Source: an uncultured Bacilli bacterium
Lineage (GTDB): Bacteria > Bacillota_I > Bacilli_A > RF39 > UBA660
Direction of reading: 5' to 3'
Assembly (NCBI GenBank): GCA_947581715.1
Contig: CANPVK010000003.1
Location: forward strand, 1-42,844
DNA length: 42,844 nucleotides
Both the position numbers and the translations under genes were made by a program. The notes under the pieces are model-generated. The model ran no database searches. It was not told where the DNA came from and saw only the letters and a program-made list of their open reading frames with translations. Shown here piece after piece: positions 37,309 to 42,844 of this stretch (within the stretch, counting starts at the first letter, position 1; every line of letters begins with the position of its first letter).

Positions 37309-38238
37309 CTATTTCTGAATCATATTACTTTCATAAAACAGAGGAAATAACAAATAACCATGATTCTGTAAATATTCAATAGCATCTGGAAGAATAGATA
37401 AAGTAATGGCGTTATAATCATGAAATAAGATGACTTCTATATTTTCATTAATAGAAGAGGTAAAGTTACTCCAAGCCTGTTCTTTGGAAGTTAGATTTCC
37501 TCCATCCCCATCTTGAGCAGTCCAATCTACCCATCCATAGTTCATTTTCCTCAATTCCGCAATAATTTCATCTTTTAACTTTCCAGAAGTTCTACTACCG
37601 CCAGGAAATCTCACAATATTGGTAGTATAATCAACTGGAGTATATTCTTGTACTACCTCTTCCTGCCTCTTTACTGCTGCAATAAAACTATCTGTACTAC
37701 GATACAAACCTCTATAAATACCATGAGTAAAAGTATGATTAGCGATAGTATGTCCTCTTTTGATATATTCCTGATAAAGAAGAAGACAATTTTCGCTTTT
37801 TTTATCATAACATTTTTCGCCATTGATACTTGTGGTAAAAAAGGTAGCCTTCACATCATAACGATCTAAAATATCTAAAAATTGATAAGTACTATAATAA
37901 GGCCCATCATCAAAGGTTAAATAAGCAATCTTTTGTTCTGATTTTCCGCTTAAAATATCATCTTCTAACTGCTTAATCGTAGCAAAATATTCTTGTTTGA
38001 CTTTTGCTAAATTCTCTTCCACTTGTGCAATCTGTTGTCTATCCTTTTCAATTTGCAAAAGTTGTTCTTTTTGCTCCTTTTCGAGCTTCTTCTTTTCTTG
38101 ATATTTAGAAAAAAGAGAAGCATATTCCTGCATAGAAGAAACATTTTTAGAAATAAGGAACATATTTCCTAATAAAGAAACCACAAACAAAATGACTAAG
38201 ATAATTGTTTTTGGATTTTTTCTAATCTTACTTTCCAT
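37309..38238 (-). CDS. Membrane-anchored polysaccharide deacetylase (CE4) with coiled-coil stalk
   Basis: TM, coiled coil, AYLTFDDGP, ANHTFTH, RFPGGS, DW....GD, LFHD. Confidence 0.88.
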   Translation of the reverse strand: MESKIRKNPKTIILVILFVVSLLGNMFLISKNVSSMQEYASLFSKYQEKKKLEKEQKEQLLQIEKDRQQIAQVEENLAKVKQEYFATIKQLEDDILSGKSEQKIAYLTFDDGPYYSTYQFLDILDRYDVKATFFTTSINGEKCYDKKSENCLLLYQEYIKRGHTIANHTFTHGIYRGLYRSTDSFIAAVKRQEEVVQEYTPVDYTTNIVRFPGGSRTSGKLKDEIIAELRKMNYGWVDWTAQDGDGGNLTSKEQAWSNFTSSINENIEVILFHDYNAITLSILPDAIEYLQNHGYLLFPLFYESNMIQK

Positions 38239-38474
38239 TCTTCTAATACCTCTATTTGACCTTTCTTTTCTTCTTTTAAATGCTCATATTCTTCAGTTTG
38301 CTTCTCTAAAGATTCTTGATTTTGTTGGATAGTTTCCTCTAACGAATCTCCTTCTATTTTTAGTTGTTCTTCCTTCTTGGCCAAGAAAGAAAATGGAAAA
38401 AAACCAATGATATTAATCGTAACGGAAATAAAAAATAAAATATAGAAAATAGAAAGAACAATTTTTTTCTTCAT
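38196..38474 (-). CDS. Small TM + coiled-coil hypothetical protein
   Basis: GGAGGAGG RBS, N-terminal TM, E/K/Q-rich coiled coil; overlaps the next gene. Confidence 0.7.
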   Translation of the reverse strand: MKKKIVLSIFYILFFISVTINIIGFFPFSFLAKKEEQLKIEGDSLEETIQQNQESLEKQTEEYEHLKEEKKGQIEVLEEWKVRLEKIQKQLS

Positions 38475-38486
38475 TTTTCCTCCTCC

Positions 38487-39161
38487 TTATCCCAAACGAT
38501 TAATCATAGATAATATTTCTTGATTAATATCTTCTATGGTTCGCATTTCTTTTTCTTTGGCACACTCAATAGTTTTCCAATTATATAAACCCGATAATTC
38601 CAAATAAGTTTTTTCTGCATGCATTAAATGTTCATCATTTCTTTCATTTCCATCTAAGAAACTTCTATTTTTACGAAGTTCCTTCATAATTGAAAAAGGA
38701 ACATGTAAAAAAATAGTAAGATCGGCTTTGGGTAATTCTAATAACCAATATTCCAATTTATCAATCCATTGAAACAAACGAAATCGTTCATCCGAATCTT
38801 CGATTTTAGCCCCTTGATGAGCCATATTAGAACTGACATAACGATCTAAAATAACATAATATCCTTGCTCTAAATATTTTTGAATTTTGGGAAAATTATA
38901 TTTTCGATCTGCAGCTAGATAAAGACAAAATACTTTTGGATCCAAATTGACTGGTCCTTCTGGGAAAACACATTGATCCATATCTTTTCTTCCTAAAATA
39001 CTTTCTCCAACAATTTTTCCTGTTGGGGTATCATACATCGGAAAAGAAAAAGTAACAGCTCGAATTCCCATTGCATTTAACTTTTTCACTAATAATTCAC
39101 TTTGTGTCTGTTTGCCAGAACAATCACTACCTTCAATGACAATTAATTTCCCTTTTTCCAT
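38487..39161 (-). CDS. tmk: Thymidylate (deoxynucleoside monophosphate) kinase
   Basis: IVIEGSDCSGKQTQ P-loop, LYLAADR, ILDRYVSSNMAHQG. Confidence 0.85.
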   Translation of the reverse strand: MEKGKLIVIEGSDCSGKQTQSELLVKKLNAMGIRAVTFSFPMYDTPTGKIVGESILGRKDMDQCVFPEGPVNLDPKVFCLYLAADRKYNFPKIQKYLEQGYYVILDRYVSSNMAHQGAKIEDSDERFRLFQWIDKLEYWLLELPKADLTIFLHVPFSIMKELRKNRSFLDGNERNDEHLMHAEKTYLELSGLYNWKTIECAKEKEMRTIEDINQEILSMINRLG

Positions 39162-39169
39162 GATAACTC

Positions 39170-39763
39170 CTAATCTTCTATTTCATTTTCTTGAAACTTT
39201 ACTTCTAAAAATTTTCTACTAGCAAGATAATCACATAAATGTACAAAATTTTGATATTTATCTTTGGGTTTTGGTAAAATTTCTTCTTTCGTGTAAGGAT
39301 GGGTATTCCAAGGCCCCATATGAGAAGCAATAACATGACATAAAAATTCACTATCTTTTTCATTCATTCTTAATTGTTTTTTTCTTTCTTGAATAAATTG
39401 ACAAGCTAATAATGGATGATCTGCTCTTGTATATTCTTCTTTTGGAATTCCATGTTTCACACCATCATGTATCGCTAAAGCAATTAAAAATAAATCTTTT
39501 TCTCGATCGGTATATTTATCTCCAATACAAGGATCATTCAATAATTCATAACCAATTCTAACAGCTACTTTGCTGTGTCTCAAGAGTCCACCCTTTCCCA
39601 AAGAAAAAGATGGATGATACTTTCCCGTAGAAGATGCAGCAACTTCAAAAAAATAATCGGGAAGCTCGGATACTAAAAATTGAAAATCTGCTTGATAATC
39701 TGGATTTTTAAGATAACGAATTTCTTTTTGGAAAGAATCAATCTTATAATTTGTTGCTATCAT
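39170..39763 (-). CDS. HD-domain phosphohydrolase
   Basis: AASSTGKYHP...GGLLRH, AIHD, HP, SHMG, HLCDYLAS. Confidence 0.8.
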   Translation of the reverse strand: MIATNYKIDSFQKEIRYLKNPDYQADFQFLVSELPDYFFEVAASSTGKYHPSFSLGKGGLLRHSKVAVRIGYELLNDPCIGDKYTDREKDLFLIALAIHDGVKHGIPKEEYTRADHPLLACQFIQERKKQLRMNEKDSEFLCHVIASHMGPWNTHPYTKEEILPKPKDKYQNFVHLCDYLASRKFLEVKFQENEIED

Positions 39764-39822
39764 AATTCACCTCTATACTTCTAAATTCATTATATAACAG
39801 AAACATCTGTTTGACAATTATT

Positions 39823-40914
39823 TTAAAGAAATCTTTCTAGAATTTCATTCGATAGATACCAATATTGAGGAGAAATGACATAATTTTCTTTTTCTTCTAC
39901 TAATATCTTTTCTTTTAATAAATCCGCCACTTGAAAATAATCGATAAAATCATGGTGAAAGCGCTTCCAAAACTCTTTTTTCGATACTCCTCTTTTCGTA
40001 CGAAGTCCTAAAATAGCTTGATTAGAAGCTTCCATTTGTTCAGTCATTTCTTCTTGTTCCATCCTATTTTGTCCCTTTAGATAATTCGTAATACTTCTAG
40101 TATTCGTATAACGAATTTTTCCAAGATAACCACTTGCCCCTACTCCAAATCCATAATATTCTTGATTCTGCCAATAAGTCAGATTATGTTTCGATTCATA
40201 TCCAGGTTTACAAAAATTACTAATTTCATAATGAAGATAACCATTTTTTTCAAGAGTAGAACAGATTTTTTGATACATTTGGAAGTCTAATTCCTCTTCG
40301 ATTGGTTGTACTTTTTGAATTCCTAATTGAGTATGTTCTTCTATCATCAAGGAATAAGTAGAAATATGAGGAATCGAAAAAGATAAGAACATCTCTAAAT
40401 CTTCCTGTAACATCGTCATAGTTTCCTGCGGAATGGCATAAATGAAATCCAAATTCAGATTTTCAAAGTAAGATTTTGCTAACTGAATTTTGGAAATCAT
40501 TTCTTGTCTTTGTTCTTCTCTTCCTAAAAAAGATAACAGTTCAGAATGAAAAGTTTCTACTCCAATACTCAAACGATTCACCTGATTTCTTTTTAAAAAA
40601 GATAACAGTTCATCAGTAATATCATGAATATTACATTCAAAGGTAAACTCTAAATTTTTACTAGTCTGAATACAGTGAATACAATCAAATAATTTTTCTA
40701 ATTGAGAAATAGAAAGACAAGAGGGCGTTCCCCCTCCAATATAAATCGTATCAATCAAATCATTTTGATAACGTTCTTGTATTTCTTGATGTAACTGTAT
40801 GAGATACTGATCTACCAACTGTTCTTGATAAAAGAACTTACAAAAATCACAATAGTGACAAATTCTCCTACAAAACGGAATATGAATATATACTGCTTTT
40901 ACCATATTACTCAT
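39823..40914 (-). CDS. hemW: Radical SAM heme chaperone HemW (HemN-like)
   Basis: [36 protein letters not shown]; follows lepA. Confidence 0.92.
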   Translation of the reverse strand: MSNMVKAVYIHIPFCRRICHYCDFCKFFYQEQLVDQYLIQLHQEIQERYQNDLIDTIYIGGGTPSCLSISQLEKLFDCIHCIQTSKNLEFTFECNIHDITDELLSFLKRNQVNRLSIGVETFHSELLSFLGREEQRQEMISKIQLAKSYFENLNLDFIYAIPQETMTMLQEDLEMFLSFSIPHISTYSLMIEEHTQLGIQKVQPIEEELDFQMYQKICSTLEKNGYLHYEISNFCKPGYESKHNLTYWQNQEYYGFGVGASGYLGKIRYTNTRSITNYLKGQNRMEQEEMTEQMEASNQAILGLRTKRGVSKKEFWKRFHHDFIDYFQVADLLKEKILVEEKENYVISPQYWYLSNEILERFL

Positions 40915-42703
40915 CCATCTTCAAAACAGCAAGAAAAGCTTCTTGAGGAACCTCCACTTTTCCAATTTGTTTCATTCTTTTCTTTCCTTCTTTTTGTTTT
41001 TCCAACAGTTTTCTTTTTCTAGTAATATCTCCTCCATAACATTTTGCTAAAACATTTTTACGAAGAGCCTTAATATCGGTACGAGCAATCACATGATTTC
41101 CAATGGCTGCTTGAATTGGTACTTCAAACATTTGTCTAGGAATAATCTCTTTTAGAGCTTCTACCACACTTTTTCCCCTTTGATAAGCAAAATCTTTATG
41201 AATAATAACACTAAATGCATCTACAATTTCTCCATTTAATAAAATATCCATCTTCACTAAATTACTCTCTTGATAACCCATAAATTCATAATCAAAAGAA
41301 GCATATCCTTTGGTATAAGATTTTAATTTATCAAAAAAGTCATAAACAATTTCAGATAACGGAATTTGATAATGAATATTAACTCTTGTTTGATCCAAAT
41401 AATCCATTCCTAAATAAGTACCTCTTTTATTTTGACACAATTCCATAATAGGACCAATATACTCACTAGGAGTAAAGATACTAGTTTTAATATAGGGTTC
41501 TTTGATACAAGCTATTTTTTGTCGATCAGGAAGTTCACTTGGAGAATTTACAGTGATTTTACTTTTATCGGTTAATTCTACTTCATAAATAACACTAGGA
41601 GAGGTAGCAATAATATCAATTCCAAACTCTCTTTCAATTCTTTCTTCGATAATTTCCATATGTAATAATCCTAAAAACCCACAACGAAATCCAAATCCTA
41701 AAGCAGTAGAAGTTTCTGGTTCAAAATCTAAGGAAGCATCATTTAATTTTAATTTTTCTAAGGCATCTCGTAAATCTTCAAAACGACTAGATTCAATTGG
41801 AAAAATCCCAGAAAAAACCATCGATTTCATAGGTTGATATCCCGGAAGTGGTTCTTTTGCTGGATTTTCTACTGTTGTAACAGTATCCCCAACTTTTACT
41901 TGGCTAATTTCTTTAATACTAGCAGCAATCAATCCTACATCGCCTGCCACAAGTTCTTCCTTTTTTTCTTCTTTCGGAGTCATAACTCCTAATTCTACCA
42001 CTTCATAAGTAGCACCTGTTTCCATCAGCAAAATAGTATCTTTCTTCTTCAAAGTTCCTTCTTTAATTCTACAAGAAATAATAACTCCACGATAAGAATC
42101 AAAAAAACTATCAAAAATTAAAGCACGAAGTGGTTTTTCTTTTTCTCCTAACGGTGCTGGTATTCTTTCAATAATGGCCTGTAATAATTCTGGAATTCCT
42201 ACTCCTGTTTTGGCACTTGTCAAAATGAATTCATCTTCTTGGAACCCAATTGCATCGATTAATTCTTTTTTTACTTTTTCAATATTAGCATTTGGCAAAT
42301 CAATTTTATTAATAACTGGTATAATTTCTAAATCATGTTCTAGTGCTAGATAAAGATTTGCTAAAGTTTGTGCTTCAATTCCCTGAGCAGCATCTACTAC
42401 TAATAGAGCCCCTTCACAAGCTGCTAAACTTCTACTAACTTCATAAGAAAAATCAACATGACCTGGTGTATCAATTAAATGAAGAATATACTCTGTACCT
42501 TGATAAGAATATTTTAATTCAACAGCATTTAACTTAATCGTAATTCCTCTTTCTCTTTCAATATCCATAGAATCTAAGGTTTGTTCTTTTAACTCCCTTT
42601 GATCTAATGCTCCTGTTTCTTCTAAAATACGATCTGCTAACGTACTTTTTCCATGATCAATATGAGCAATAATACAAAAATTACGAACATTTTCTCTTTT
42701 CAC
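40907..42703 (-). CDS. lepA: Elongation factor 4
   Basis: [55 protein letters not shown]. Confidence 0.98.
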   Translation of the reverse strand: MKRENVRNFCIIAHIDHGKSTLADRILEETGALDQRELKEQTLDSMDIERERGITIKLNAVELKYSYQGTEYILHLIDTPGHVDFSYEVSRSLAACEGALLVVDAAQGIEAQTLANLYLALEHDLEIIPVINKIDLPNANIEKVKKELIDAIGFQEDEFILTSAKTGVGIPELLQAIIERIPAPLGEKEKPLRALIFDSFFDSYRGVIISCRIKEGTLKKKDTILLMETGATYEVVELGVMTPKEEKKEELVAGDVGLIAASIKEISQVKVGDTVTTVENPAKEPLPGYQPMKSMVFSGIFPIESSRFEDLRDALEKLKLNDASLDFEPETSTALGFGFRCGFLGLLHMEIIEERIEREFGIDIIATSPSVIYEVELTDKSKITVNSPSELPDRQKIACIKEPYIKTSIFTPSEYIGPIMELCQNKRGTYLGMDYLDQTRVNIHYQIPLSEIVYDFFDKLKSYTKGYASFDYEFMGYQESNLVKMDILLNGEIVDAFSVIIHKDFAYQRGKSVVEALKEIIPRQMFEVPIQAAIGNHVIARTDIKALRKNVLAKCYGGDITRKRKLLEKQKEGKKRMKQIGKVEVPQEAFLAVLKMDE

Positions 42704-42844
42704 GTTTTCTCACATACTTTCTAATTTTTATTATAGCAGATTCTATTCCAAAGAAAAAGAATGAAAATTTTTGAGTTTCGGTTTTTTACGAAAAAAATCT
42801 GAGCAAATTTAATTTTGAATTAAATCATAGGGATATTTTTAATA

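Overview
Very AT-rich chromosomal segment of a reduced-genome, probably spore-forming member of the Bacilli. An RF39-like uncultured lineage is inferred from gene content. The genetic code is standard (TGA is used as stop). Most of the window is a collapsed version of the B. subtilis sigK-yqeGH-lepA-dnaG-sigA-nusB-xseAB-spoIVB-spoIIM-ripX/drm region, with 31 of 35 genes right of position ~6.6 kb on the minus strand. (1) The 5'-truncated gene at 1-1206 encodes a C-type-lectin/FGE-like fold protein. Its last ~45 codons (1060-1194) switch abruptly to ~50% GC, ~9% A and no A-ending codons, the signature of a diversity-generating retroelement (DGR) variable region. No reverse transcriptase or template repeat is in the window, so this would be a remote DGR target. 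(2) A canonical 28-bp dif site lies at 6547-6574, 1.7 kb from xerD, with a second isolated XerD half-site at 6738-6748, so the window probably spans the replication terminus. (3) A minimal type IV pilus module has two adhesin-domain prepilins and a PilB/ComGA-type ATPase. (4) Sporulation genes carry recognisable sigmaE/F/G/K promoters. (5) Two small genes were missed by the ORF track (DUF1540-like and Prli42-like). No rRNA, tRNA, CRISPR array, IS element or prophage was seen.
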